64,000 nt of DNA from IMG/VR virus record IMGVR_UViG_3300037067_012588. One strand, given 5' to 3'. Shown piece by piece: positions 1 to 9,757 of this stretch (position 1 is its first letter; every line of letters starts with the position of its first letter). The stretch comes from a virus (Duplodnaviria > Caudoviricetes). The notes beneath the pieces are model-generated. The model made no database searches and had not been told where the DNA came from. It was given only the letters and a program-made list of their open reading frames with translations. The position numbers were made by a program, and so were the translations under genes.

Positions 1-256
1 GAATTAATGCAACTTCTTCCACCCCATATCTCTCTTTGAGGTCACACTTTAAATCACCTTGCCTTAAAGACTTTTCACTGTTTTTATTTTGGACCAACGT
101 CTTTCCGAAATGAAACGCACACGCAGACATCACCCTTGAAGCAGGCTTTCCACAATCCTCGCAAGGACGAATCACTTGTCCTTCGGATACTGGCAATAGC
201 TGCTCAAATCTTGCTCCACAACTTGAACATTCAAACTCATACATCGGCATTTCCAT
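1..256 (-). CDS. FmdB-family zinc-ribbon protein (runs off the window start)
   Basis: Not in the ORF track. Manual translation from ATG 256 gives MEMPMYEFECSSCGARFEQL...PCEDCG, the MPxYxYxCxxCG...CxxC pattern. GAGGGG lies upstream. Confidence 0.75.
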   Translation of the reverse strand, partial: MEMPMYEFECSSCGARFEQLLPVSEGQVIRPCEDCGKPASRVMSACAFHFGKTLVQNKNSEKSLRQGDLKCDLKERYGVEEVALI

Positions 257-294
257 ACCCCTCTTTATATTGTCCCGCACAGCGGGGAACTAAC

Positions 295-1401
295 TCAAAG
301 ACTTGACATGGCAATACGATCAATCATCGCTTGACGATTCTTTCTTGAACGAATCTCCTCAACCATGGCATGTGGACGAAGATATTCACCAGATGTAATA
401 GAATCCTTGATGCTTTCAGCACTAAGAACATAGCTGGCAAGAATCTTTCTTGCTGTCGACATTGCAACTCTCTCGACAACCATATTGAAATCTTCTGACG
501 AACAAACAACCTTTTTCTGGTCATTCGTCATCAGAACATCGTTATCGGAAAACAACTTTGTGAAGAACGAACAAACATGAGGGCGCATCTTATCCCACAC
601 GGCACGCCAGAACTCTTCATTTCCCTGATTCGGAGCTTCACGAGGCAAATCCATCAGGATGCCATTGAATTTCTTCTTTCCTTCTGCGGAAAAATAATCA
701 TTATCGATGATGGCTTCGAGAAGCCAACCAAAAAGCTTGCGCTCTTCAGGGTTCTTTGCTTTCTGAAGAATTGTACGCTTAAGCCCACTAAGTTCTTCCT
801 CAAAACTAAGCTCTTCAATAGGCTGATGATTATCATGCAAACCACTGTAGCTTTCTTCATCATTAACGAAATTCCTTTTTTGATGAATAAACTCGTTATC
901 GGAAATACCATCTTTATATTTTTTTCGACCACTTCCAGTTGCCCGACGAATAACAAGAACAACAAGACCCCTTGAGAAATTAAACCAATATTTCTGAATA
1001 TCTATCCACGAAATCATGAGGTCTGGATTCTGCTTCAACACTGCGTTTGGAAGCAACTCTACGGCAGGACCTCTTCCCTCTCCAACAAGAAGAGCTATAT
1101 TGAAATCCGAAAGAATCTCTTCGAAGTCATAAGAAGAAAATTGTTTCGCATATCCAAGAATCGGCTCAACCCAAGAAAATGTCTTGAGCTTTGACTCAAT
1201 ACCATCTGCCAGCAAACTCAACTTATCTGCTTCAGGGGTGTTCCCAAGAGAAATCACCTTTTCCCTTTGTGGAATAACTATCTTTTTCATTATCGCTTTC
1301 GTAAAAGCTTTCTTCGCCTCGATATCATACTCACGAATCATTTGCCGAACATCTCCATAGTCTGCAATCAGAAAACGAAGAGTTGCAAAAACGTTTTTCA
1401 T
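295..1401 (-). CDS. hypothetical protein (368 aa)
   Basis: Long ORF with AGGAG RBS. No motif recognised. Confidence 0.7.
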   Translation of the reverse strand: MKNVFATLRFLIADYGDVRQMIREYDIEAKKAFTKAIMKKIVIPQREKVISLGNTPEADKLSLLADGIESKLKTFSWVEPILGYAKQFSSYDFEEILSDFNIALLVGEGRGPAVELLPNAVLKQNPDLMISWIDIQKYWFNFSRGLVVLVIRRATGSGRKKYKDGISDNEFIHQKRNFVNDEESYSGLHDNHQPIEELSFEEELSGLKRTILQKAKNPEERKLFGWLLEAIIDNDYFSAEGKKKFNGILMDLPREAPNQGNEEFWRAVWDKMRPHVCSFFTKLFSDNDVLMTNDQKKVVCSSEDFNMVVERVAMSTARKILASYVLSAESIKDSITSGEYLRPHAMVEEIRSRKNRQAMIDRIAMSSL

Positions 1402-1456
1402 TTCTCATTCTCCTAAAAATGTGGTCATATCCTATTAACACTCAATCATAAAAAAA

Positions 1457-1738
1457 CTATACCTTAAGCATTCCTGCCCTTCCAAGGTGAGCCAAAATGT
1501 GCTCGACAGCATCAACTATAAACCCTTCTGCTGTCAACAATACTGGCGTAAAATGACCCTGCAGCTCATACTTGTCCAGCAAGTCCCGACAGGCTGTGTT
1601 GGAGAACGTATGATATACCAAGAGTTGTCTTCCATCTTGTCCACGAAAATCATCCGAGAAAATCGCATCTGGATTCAACAGAGACTTAATCTCTGCACAT
1701 TCTGGACAATTCCACATGATGAAAAGCCTATCCATCAT
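1457..1738 (-). CDS. glutaredoxin/thioredoxin-like protein
   Basis: WNCPECAEIK (CxxC) near the N-terminus and FTPVL (cis-Pro-type motif). Start moved to ATG 1738, behind GAAGGAG. Confidence 0.6.
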   Translation of the reverse strand: MMDRLFIMWNCPECAEIKSLLNPDAIFSDDFRGQDGRQLLVYHTFSNTACRDLLDKYELQGHFTPVLLTAEGFIVDAVEHILAHLGRAGMLKV

Positions 1739-2244
1739 TGCTCCTTCGCTCGATAAAACCCACAAGAGTTGCACACTTCCCGTGATACTTTTCCACCCTG
1801 AACACCAACAGCACAGTGAAAAACTTCAATCAATCGTACACGCCCACCACAACACTTCTTTTCCTCCGTTCCAAGAGAATCTCCCATACTCTCACAAGGA
1901 AGACCTCGATAGTTGACCATTCCAGACTGCTCATGAACGGTACTGATTGCTTCAACAGACAATGGCGGAGGTTGTGGAGGTATAAATTCTTTTGATTCCT
2001 GTTTTGGCATCTCGATTTCTTGAACAACAATCTTTTGTTGAACGATAACCTCACGAGGTCTTTCTTTGACCTCTGGAATGTAACCCCAATCAAAACCAAA
2101 AGGACACTCGAAGTTTTCTCCTCCTGATACCTCCCAAACCTTCGAGGTGCGCTCACGCCACACAATGCCAATTTGAGACAGTGAACGACATGTTCGACAA
2201 TGAGTTCTGCTCGTGCAAGCAAAAGAATCATAAAATGAATGCAT
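1735..2244 (-). CDS. Cys-rich protein, similar at its N-terminus to 44088..44618
   Basis: CTSRTHCRTCR...FECPFG at the N-terminus and CCGG...CNSC at the C-terminus. Confidence 0.65.
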   Translation of the reverse strand: MHSFYDSFACTSRTHCRTCRSLSQIGIVWRERTSKVWEVSGGENFECPFGFDWGYIPEVKERPREVIVQQKIVVQEIEMPKQESKEFIPPQPPPLSVEAISTVHEQSGMVNYRGLPCESMGDSLGTEEKKCCGGRVRLIEVFHCAVGVQGGKVSREVCNSCGFYRAKEQ

Positions 2245-2256
2245 GTTCGTCCCCCA

Positions 2257-2322
2257 TCATATGCAACGATTATCAGAATCACACCAAACCCAAACCTCTA
2301 AGTAAAAAGTGTACCCCTTCAT
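2257..2322. repeat. 66-bp direct repeat, copy 1
   Basis: Matches 3039..3104 at 65/66 positions. Confidence 0.95.
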
Positions 2323-2975
2323 GGCTTGGCGTTCTTAAGATACTGATCTACCATCTGTCCAAGATTTTCACCATGCCCACCAGAAACATATTTCTCTACT
2401 ATGCCAACCATGCGATTGCAAAGGTCGTGAACAATTCCACGGATTTTATTGGTAACGTGGTCATGGTCAACTGGTGGCCATTTGTTATCACCACCACCCT
2501 CTACCAAAGGCAAACCACAAACAGCACACAACCCATGTTGTTGCTCCCAAAGACACTCGTAACCTGATATTGTCAATCCATACTTTGTTTTCAAATTCCA
2601 TTCCCGAACAGACTTTAAGCGTTTTTCCCTGTGTTTTCGATAATCCAAACGCCTCTGTTCGTTTTTCTTTGCAGGCTTGTCAACATAATGCTCCTTCACC
2701 CTCTTTGCCTCACAAGCCTTGCATGTATACGTTCTTCCGTACTTACAAGAAGGACCTCTCTTGAAATCAAGCAACGGTTTTGTCTCTCCACAAACTTTGC
2801 ACACTCGAACCATATCAGTGGTTATCAACTCGGCAGGACGATTCTTCCTCATTTCGTTATAACACAGCGTACATTGAGACTTCTTTCCATACAGACCACC
2901 AGTTTGATCGTAAAACTCACTCAAGTCCTTATCAACACCACAAACACTGCATGTTTTTTTTCTAACCTCTTCCAT
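2319..2975 (-). CDS. endonuclease VII-family (HNH-type) nuclease, probably mobile
   Basis: Two N-terminal CxxC..KxxxxF..CxxC repeats, then LKTKYGLT...QQHGLCAVCG...VDHDHVTNKIRGIVHDLCN. Strong AGGAGG RBS. Confidence 0.85.
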   Translation of the reverse strand: MEEVRKKTCSVCGVDKDLSEFYDQTGGLYGKKSQCTLCYNEMRKNRPAELITTDMVRVCKVCGETKPLLDFKRGPSCKYGRTYTCKACEAKRVKEHYVDKPAKKNEQRRLDYRKHREKRLKSVREWNLKTKYGLTISGYECLWEQQHGLCAVCGLPLVEGGGDNKWPPVDHDHVTNKIRGIVHDLCNRMVGIVEKYVSGGHGENLGQMVDQYLKNAKP

Positions 2976-3038
2976 AACACACCTCCTTTTAATAAAAGAT
3001 GTATTATAAAAGATTTATACACTTTTATCATAAGTCCT
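2976..3038 (-). promoter_or_regulatory. AT-rich leader of the endonuclease gene (TATAAT-like box and RBS)
   Basis: Minus strand reads GTGTATAAATCTTTTATAATACATCTTTTATTAAAAGGAGG. Confidence 0.4.
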
Positions 3039-3104
3039 TCATATACAACGATTATCAGAATCACACCAAACCCAAACCTCTAAGTAAAAAGTGTACCCCT
3101 TCAT
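3039..3104. repeat. 66-bp direct repeat, copy 2
   Basis: Encodes the last 21 aa and stop of ORF 3039..3407 (MKGYTFYLEVWVWCDSDNRCI*). Confidence 0.95.
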
Positions 3105-3407
3105 CGAGGTATGGAAATTTGGGTAAGGAGTAGTACAATCATTCTCATAATATTGACTTCCAATGAGTTTTCCTTGTGCCCACAAGTGATTGTGATAATT
3201 TGGCTCATAAATTGCCCAATCTGAACAACCATATGGAGTAATTCCAGACAAAGAATTCAAAACCAAAGCTGGAGAATCATCCTTCATCACAAAAGAATAA
3301 ATCATTGTCGGATTCTCGCAATCTGCGCATCCACATTTGCACGAAGTTATCCTTATAAAATCGACAACCTCTTGGTCGAAACAATCTGTCAAAATATTGT
3401 TGGACAT
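3039..3407 (-). CDS. Cys-rich hypothetical protein
   Basis: GAGGA RBS, CKCGCADC motif, same strand as neighbours. Confidence 0.6.
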   Translation of the reverse strand: MSNNILTDCFDQEVVDFIRITSCKCGCADCENPTMIYSFVMKDDSPALVLNSLSGITPYGCSDWAIYEPNYHNHLWAQGKLIGSQYYENDCTTPYPNFHTSMKGYTFYLEVWVWCDSDNRCI

Positions 3408-3424
3408 TACTCATCCTCAGACAT

Positions 3425-6400
3425 TCAAGCGAGACAATTGCTTTTGATTGTATTCATTAGCGTATTGTATAGGTCAATCTTAGCCTCAGCTTCAGCCTTA
3501 CAATCGCAAGTCAGAATGGCTGGAAGTTGTTTTGCCTGACAAACAAAAGACCTATCAGCACACATAGCCGCACACGAAATCACCATCGACCTCAATGCGT
3601 TAAATTTTGTGAAACATTCATGAAGCAAAAGATGCTGACCTCTAGTCACCGAAACAGAAGCACTCGAAACCGTTGTCCCAATCGTTCTTGAAAACTTACC
3701 ACTCTCACCAGATACCTGAACAACAGATAAGCCACCACTTGTTGCCCACGCATAGTCTCCCTCGTCAGCACCACAACAAGGATACCAAACACTCCCCTCG
3801 TTATACCCCGTAACTTCAAAATTTATATATTCCCCCAACCTTGACATATTTGGTCCATAAATGCTGATGTATTGAGTGTTGTGTGATTCTTCAATGTAAT
3901 ACGAATCACAAGCTCTCCAACTCGACACACCGCTGCTACTCCATGAAGACGTCCAAAGACTTGAAGAATACTGATAGGGGTAATAAATAGTCCAAGATGA
4001 AGAATACATTGAAGATTTAGACGACCAAGAGCACGAAGAGTCTCCTGTGTCAGAATCTTCTGAGCATGAAGATGATGACGTCCATGTTGCCCACGATGAT
4101 GAGAACACCGATGACGAGGACGACATCCAACATGCTGGAACAGATGTCGACCCAACAGCCACCCAAGACGATGACCCTGTACCTCCCCGCAAATATTCTC
4201 GCATATAAGACTGCGAAACAAACTCAACTCTAACATTCCAAGACGATGATTTTTTTGTAGACCTCCCGATGGCAGTTATTACAGCCGATCCACAAACATG
4301 CCCAGTAACAACTCCAGTTGAAGATACGGTAGCCCGACAATGGTCTGATGAATACCAATCATAAATCTCCGTCGTGCAATAAGACGATACAAGAAACTGC
4401 TTCGATTCACCTTCTGTAATGTTCGACCATCCAGTAATCGTAATATAACTGTCGTATACCGTAATACTCACAACCGACCGCATATTCGAAGTCACACCCT
4501 GTACGGTAATGCTACAAGTTCCTGCGTTACCAGCGGTAACAACACCTGACGAATCAACCGTCGCTACCCATTCATTTGATGATGCCCAAACATATGTCTC
4601 GGTAATCGGAATAAGAGACTGCACAGAAAATGTGTAAGTGTTCGGCTGAACCATCTTGTTTTGATACGAGACACAAAGAGGCGTGTTGTAAGATGGGACA
4701 TAAATAGTCACCGACCGAGTCATTGTTGGATCGAAAAGATTCTCATATGTGATTGTCGCAAACCCGCCAATATCTCCTGGTGTCACATCACACAAATTAT
4801 CATTACCTGATACTGTTGCAGCCAAATCGTTAGAGGTTGACCAAATACCAAATGATAGCCCAGGAGGGTTCTCGTTGAAAATCGAACAAGAGAATGTCTC
4901 AGTTTGACCCGGTATCAAAACAGACCTATACGAAATAATCGGAACATTCTCTGTCGATGGATCAATAACCTCGATGTTAATGGTTTTTTCCATCAACGTT
5001 GTAGCGCCAACAATTCGAATCGTTCCTGTCCCTGCTGCAAGCGCCGAAACAGTCATTCCTGTAACACCAAGAATCGTTGGCGAATCAGAAGAAATCGTAA
5101 ACGATGCCTCTGGAAAGTTCTTTCCTTGAGCTATATTCAGATTAATCGTATCGCCAATAACCATATGACTGACAGCATTAGTCACACAGAAAAAGTATTC
5201 CTGAATTTCAACTGGAATACCTGAGAACGTTTTCGTCTTTATTGAATCTCCAACAATCTCTGCAACTCGAATCTCTGTCGACCCAGATGCCAAAGCATGA
5301 ATATACCCAGTGCTTCCATAATACTCAGGGTCTTCCTTTGTGTAATCCTCTTGTAGCGTCACCAAATCTCCCGTAGAACCCCAGAAGTATTCACCAACAG
5401 TATCCCCACACGGCAACACAGCTTCAAATATACATTTCTCATTAACGCCAAGAATTGTCTTCCCGCTCAGAAACAAATTCGGAGATGGCATACCAACAAC
5501 ACCAACAGCAACACTTGCCGCAGGACATGTTCCAGAACGTCCAATATGTTCGTCTCCAAATACAGACTCCCTAAACACTATCTTAATCACAGCCGTTGCA
5601 GAAGCACCAGTATCGTTTCCAACAGCTTTGATTGTGACAGTACCTTCCCTTGTAGGATAAAACACTCCATCTCTGAATTGCCCAACAGGGTCTGTCTCAA
5701 GAACAGACCATGTATATGAAGCATCCGTTCCGTTGATGGTTGTAGCAACAAATGTCACGGGAGTCAGGTCAAAAATCACACTGTCAGACTCAATCGATAC
5801 AAACACGCCCTGTTTGGGATAAACAAGGAAAGGCTGAACAATCTTCTCGGCATCAAAATTGTGTGCCCGAATGTCAACCCCACCTGTTCCTTCTTTCACA
5901 GGATGAACCGTGTTTGTTTCGATAATAGCAGATTCATCAACAGTGGCAACTTTGCGATTAATAGATCGCCATTCATATTCTGGAACAACATCATCTTCAT
6001 TTGATTTGCACATAATTTCTGTCGATATGGCAGTATCTGTCTGCAACTCAAATGCACTTTGTCCAAGATATTGAAGCATGGATTTTTCTTCGGACGGCGG
6101 TGTCACGGTAATCGTGAATACTTCAGTTACCCCATTCGCATAGGCAACGAGAGAACATGTACCAACTGCAAGACCAACAACAACGCCAGAATATCGACCA
6201 ACAGAAGCAATTAATGGGCTTGAAGAGGTCCACACTGTAAAAGATGCCGAAAAGTTACGATATGTCGCCTGATATGTTTCTGAGTTTCCAACACCAATGC
6301 TCGATGGACCACCGATGGAAATGAACTGATCTCCATAAGCCCGAACATTTGTTGTAAATGTTGATTGCTGACTAGAAAGATCACTTGTCGCAGTAACCGT

Positions 6401-7375
6401 ACCAGAACCAACTGATGCTCCAGTATATGTTCCATCTGCTCCAACAAGCGAACCAGAACTCAACGCCCATGACCATGTTGTTGCCTTATTACAAGTTTCT
6501 TTTGGAACATAGGTTATGTTCTCACCAACTTCGATGGAAGACAATCCTCTTAGCGTCACTCTCGGATCAACAACTCCAACAATTTGCATATCGAAAGAAC
6601 CAGATGCTAAAGACGTTTGACCCTGAGCACTGATTTTAACAGAGCCTTTCTTCACAGCAGTTACAATACCAGTCAGCAAACCAACTGTAGCAACCGAAGT
6701 GTCCGAGCTATACCATTTATAGGTCTCTGTGACAGATTTTGTTGTTGCAGTAAGTGTTGTAGTTCCTCCCCATGGAAGTCTTGCCTGACCTGTAATGTAA
6801 ATATATTGAGGCATTTCATCTGGGTCGTAAACGTTTATCGTCCATGTGGCAATACGAAGAGAAACGGTATCCCGCCACTCAGGAACAGGCTCGGAAGGTT
6901 CACATCCATCTGGGTAATACTGTGTGGATGAAATCCATTGTGCGCAAGAAACTCCAGATGAACTTCCAGAACTCCACGAAGCAGAAGAAAGACAACTCCA
7001 ACTCGAATTTACAGATGAAGAAGAGCAACCATTGCATCCGCAGTTTCTATCACAATACCAATGGGAATATCCCTGACAAGTAACAACAGCAGAACCGTGT
7101 TTTATTGCCGTAACAAGTGTCGTATCGTTCGGCCCTTCTTCAACTGTCAATACAGTTGGGTCTGATGAATACCATTTCCTTCTGTTGATGGTGCAACCAT
7201 CAGCATCCGTATCAATATCATTACAACAATTCGCCCCTTCGGAACCACAGGTACAATTGTTCTTGAGAACGTCTTTTCCGTCCATCATTGCATTCGTTAG
7301 TGTCTGTGTCGTTCCAATTTGCATGGACGATTGTCCATGAATAAAAAGAACTCTCTGGCAATCACTCATTAGCAA
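3425..7375 (-). CDS. Ig-like (Big_2-type) repeat virion protein with Ser/Cys-rich ends
   Basis: Repeated W.SSD..VATV...G.VTA...G...I units. Ser/Trp/Cys-rich tracts near both termini. Confidence 0.8.
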   Translation of the reverse strand: MLMSDCQRVLFIHGQSSMQIGTTQTLTNAMMDGKDVLKNNCTCGSEGANCCNDIDTDADGCTINRRKWYSSDPTVLTVEEGPNDTTLVTAIKHGSAVVTCQGYSHWYCDRNCGCNGCSSSSVNSSWSCLSSASWSSGSSSGVSCAQWISSTQYYPDGCEPSEPVPEWRDTVSLRIATWTINVYDPDEMPQYIYITGQARLPWGGTTTLTATTKSVTETYKWYSSDTSVATVGLLTGIVTAVKKGSVKISAQGQTSLASGSFDMQIVGVVDPRVTLRGLSSIEVGENITYVPKETCNKATTWSWALSSGSLVGADGTYTGASVGSGTVTATSDLSSQQSTFTTNVRAYGDQFISIGGPSSIGVGNSETYQATYRNFSASFTVWTSSSPLIASVGRYSGVVVGLAVGTCSLVAYANGVTEVFTITVTPPSEEKSMLQYLGQSAFELQTDTAISTEIMCKSNEDDVVPEYEWRSINRKVATVDESAIIETNTVHPVKEGTGGVDIRAHNFDAEKIVQPFLVYPKQGVFVSIESDSVIFDLTPVTFVATTINGTDASYTWSVLETDPVGQFRDGVFYPTREGTVTIKAVGNDTGASATAVIKIVFRESVFGDEHIGRSGTCPAASVAVGVVGMPSPNLFLSGKTILGVNEKCIFEAVLPCGDTVGEYFWGSTGDLVTLQEDYTKEDPEYYGSTGYIHALASGSTEIRVAEIVGDSIKTKTFSGIPVEIQEYFFCVTNAVSHMVIGDTINLNIAQGKNFPEASFTISSDSPTILGVTGMTVSALAAGTGTIRIVGATTLMEKTINIEVIDPSTENVPIISYRSVLIPGQTETFSCSIFNENPPGLSFGIWSTSNDLAATVSGNDNLCDVTPGDIGGFATITYENLFDPTMTRSVTIYVPSYNTPLCVSYQNKMVQPNTYTFSVQSLIPITETYVWASSNEWVATVDSSGVVTAGNAGTCSITVQGVTSNMRSVVSITVYDSYITITGWSNITEGESKQFLVSSYCTTEIYDWYSSDHCRATVSSTGVVTGHVCGSAVITAIGRSTKKSSSWNVRVEFVSQSYMREYLRGGTGSSSWVAVGSTSVPACWMSSSSSVFSSSWATWTSSSSCSEDSDTGDSSCSWSSKSSMYSSSWTIYYPYQYSSSLWTSSWSSSGVSSWRACDSYYIEESHNTQYISIYGPNMSRLGEYINFEVTGYNEGSVWYPCCGADEGDYAWATSGGLSVVQVSGESGKFSRTIGTTVSSASVSVTRGQHLLLHECFTKFNALRSMVISCAAMCADRSFVCQAKQLPAILTCDCKAEAEAKIDLYNTLMNTIKSNCLA

Positions 7376-8505
7376 TCCTTCGGACGGTCAATTTCAGCCT
7401 CACGCTCTTCACTGATCTTCACGAGCATTCCACACGAATCATATGTGAAATCCTGAACCCACATCTTCAATGCACCCGCTGGATTATAAGACAACCCAAC
7501 ACAAACTGTCACAATAACTCCTTCAAAATTAGGTGGAGCATCTGCCGAATTTGTTCTGTCCCATGTTGCCAAGGTTCCTCTTGTTGTATCTGTATGAACT
7601 CCTGGATATGTCAGGTCTTTCGGCGTTTCATAAGCCCCAACACAACCTCCACCTCCGCCACCACCTGCCCCACGAATGAAATCAAGAATTGGCACTCTTC
7701 CATTGTTGTAAAGATTTCCATCCTGATCCAAATCTGCTTGCCAAATTGGCCAACATCCAATCGCTGTCGGACGATTAAAAAGCGGAAACATGTCGGAATT
7801 TCGAAGTCGAACAGACGAACCCGAAGAATCCATTGGCGGACGAAGACTTTCAGCAAAATATGTCAACTGCTCTGCATATCCACCTTCACTATCCATATGA
7901 TGAACTCGACCAAAAGCACAACACAACGTCCGATAACAAGTCTTGTATACATCACTCGTTAGAGTAAAATCGTCTTCGTTGATTTTAACAATCTTTGTCG
8001 GGTCAAGAACTGTCCCAGGAGCAATATATTCCTTGTAATTTGTCCAATATAAAAGAGTTAGCGAATTCGATTTTGAGTCATATGTGATTTTTGGACTAAT
8101 CACTTCTCGGAGAAGTGCAAGATTCACTACCCCTCCACCAGTCACATCTGGGCTATCCGAATTGATGTAATAAACGAATCTTGGATTGCTCTTCAGTTCT
8201 CCCTGCTGAGAAAGCCGATACCACATCAAAACACGCTCTCCACGCTTCGGATACTCTGTTTCGTCTGGGCAAATATAAGCCCAATCAGGGTCGTCATAGC
8301 GCCATGATAGCCCCAGAAGCTCATCATCAAGCAAAGTCCTATCTCCACCGCACCCAGAAGAATCATTGGCAGAAGTGCTTGATGTGGCATAAGAATAACA
8401 ACCAACAGTATCAGGAACAAAGACAAGAATATCTCTGTCCGAAAGACAAACAATTTCAGGAGACCTTCCAATATGAATTACAGGAGGCAACGCATCTGAA
8501 GACAT
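7369..8505 (-). CDS. putative baseplate/tail-associated protein
   Basis: Long ORF in the tail module. Call is positional only. Confidence 0.5.
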   Translation of the reverse strand: MSSDALPPVIHIGRSPEIVCLSDRDILVFVPDTVGCYSYATSSTSANDSSGCGGDRTLLDDELLGLSWRYDDPDWAYICPDETEYPKRGERVLMWYRLSQQGELKSNPRFVYYINSDSPDVTGGGVVNLALLREVISPKITYDSKSNSLTLLYWTNYKEYIAPGTVLDPTKIVKINEDDFTLTSDVYKTCYRTLCCAFGRVHHMDSEGGYAEQLTYFAESLRPPMDSSGSSVRLRNSDMFPLFNRPTAIGCWPIWQADLDQDGNLYNNGRVPILDFIRGAGGGGGGGCVGAYETPKDLTYPGVHTDTTRGTLATWDRTNSADAPPNFEGVIVTVCVGLSYNPAGALKMWVQDFTYDSCGMLVKISEEREAEIDRPKDC

Positions 8506-8508
8506 TTT

Positions 8509-9531
8509 TCACCTATACAAAACGGTGGCACGAAAGCGCCCCCCGATTCCGCCAGTATTATATACTCGAAAAGTATCAGCCCTTGGGACATCTACATCTT
8601 GCTGAAAATACCCAACACAAACATCGCCAACACCACTATCAGGTATACCACCCTTCTCTGCCATCACAAAAACAGAGTCGATCTCCAAAGCCCCTACAAC
8701 CTCCACGGTAATCCCCGTCACCCCTGCAAACACAGCCGACACAGCCTTGATCTTGTTTCTATCACAAAGCTCATTGATTGCACCAACGAGTGATGTTTCT
8801 TCTGTTTTCAGCTCTGGATTGTTGATATCCGAAAGAGCAACGCTCATACGAACATCCTTCAATACCATCTCACCTTTTGTCTCAATCGAAGGCTCAGACC
8901 CTCCTCTCGTATCATCAATCTGGATAGCCCCACCCTTGACATTCACATCAGAAACAACAGCACGAAGCTGCTTGCGAACAACCAACTCATCCTGAGTCAA
9001 AACAGGCGAGTGAGGATTCGTTGTATCGTTGATATGTGAAGTAAAATCCTTTGCGTAAAGTTTTCCATCAGGGTTTGAATCGATAACAGGAACCTCTCCT
9101 GTCAAATCTAGCGTCGCCAAAAGAAGATTGGTTTCAAGCTGTGCTTGTTTTGACGTATAAGATGTAACAGCAAATGATTCCTCGTTTGTGAACTGAGTAT
9201 TCGTCCACTCCGCATAAAGATAATAGAAAAAACCTTCATTAAGATTTGCCCATTTTACCGTCGAAAACGTTTGAGCAAGTCCACGATTGATAACACCGAG
9301 CAATGCTGGCTTCCCACCATAAGACGAACAGCGGACGACATAAAACCCATCAGAACCCTTCAGTGCCGTATATTCACCGTCTTCGTAAACACAACAATAC
9401 GCACCACGAGAAGCAGCTATCAACTGGTTCTCTATCAGGTTCGCCTTATCCATCTCTGTCTCAGAGTTGATTCTGTCACCAGAACCAGGAACAGGAATAC
9501 CAAAAAATGATGTTCTTCTTTTGTAAGGCAT
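8509..9531 (-). CDS. putative tail fibre/baseplate protein
   Basis: Start moved to MPYKRRT (ATG 9531, GGAG RBS). Contains SHINDTTNPH and LKTEETSLVGAINEL motifs typical of phage tail-fibre proteins. Confidence 0.6.
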   Translation of the reverse strand: MPYKRRTSFFGIPVPGSGDRINSETEMDKANLIENQLIAASRGAYCCVYEDGEYTALKGSDGFYVVRCSSYGGKPALLGVINRGLAQTFSTVKWANLNEGFFYYLYAEWTNTQFTNEESFAVTSYTSKQAQLETNLLLATLDLTGEVPVIDSNPDGKLYAKDFTSHINDTTNPHSPVLTQDELVVRKQLRAVVSDVNVKGGAIQIDDTRGGSEPSIETKGEMVLKDVRMSVALSDINNPELKTEETSLVGAINELCDRNKIKAVSAVFAGVTGITVEVVGALEIDSVFVMAEKGGIPDSGVGDVCVGYFQQDVDVPRADTFRVYNTGGIGGRFRATVLYR

Positions 9532-9535
9532 GAGT

Positions 9536-9745
9536 TCACTCCACAACACAATCGCCGTCAACATCCGACGAGCCACATATGAAAAACTTCCTACCTTCCT
9601 TGTCCTGACCTTTCGATACACCAGCCATGCCATTCGCAGGCGTTGTAAACGCAACAACATTGGCTCCATACACAGCAGGATTCGATGCAGCAGCTATAGC
9701 CCGTTGCAAGAAAAAAGAACCAGGTGTGTTTCCGTTCGCAGCCAT
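9536..9745 (-). CDS. small hypothetical protein (69 aa)
   Basis: AGGAGG RBS. Fills the gap between 9531 and 9758. Confidence 0.65.
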   Translation of the reverse strand: MAANGNTPGSFFLQRAIAAASNPAVYGANVVAFTTPANGMAGVSKGQDKEGRKFFICGSSDVDGDCVVE

Positions 9746-9757
9746 AATATCCTCCTA

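Noticed and set aside
2257-3104. Diversity-generating retroelement TR/VR pair or IS element
   Set aside because: There is only one mismatch, and no reverse transcriptase, transposase or terminal inverted repeats were seen.
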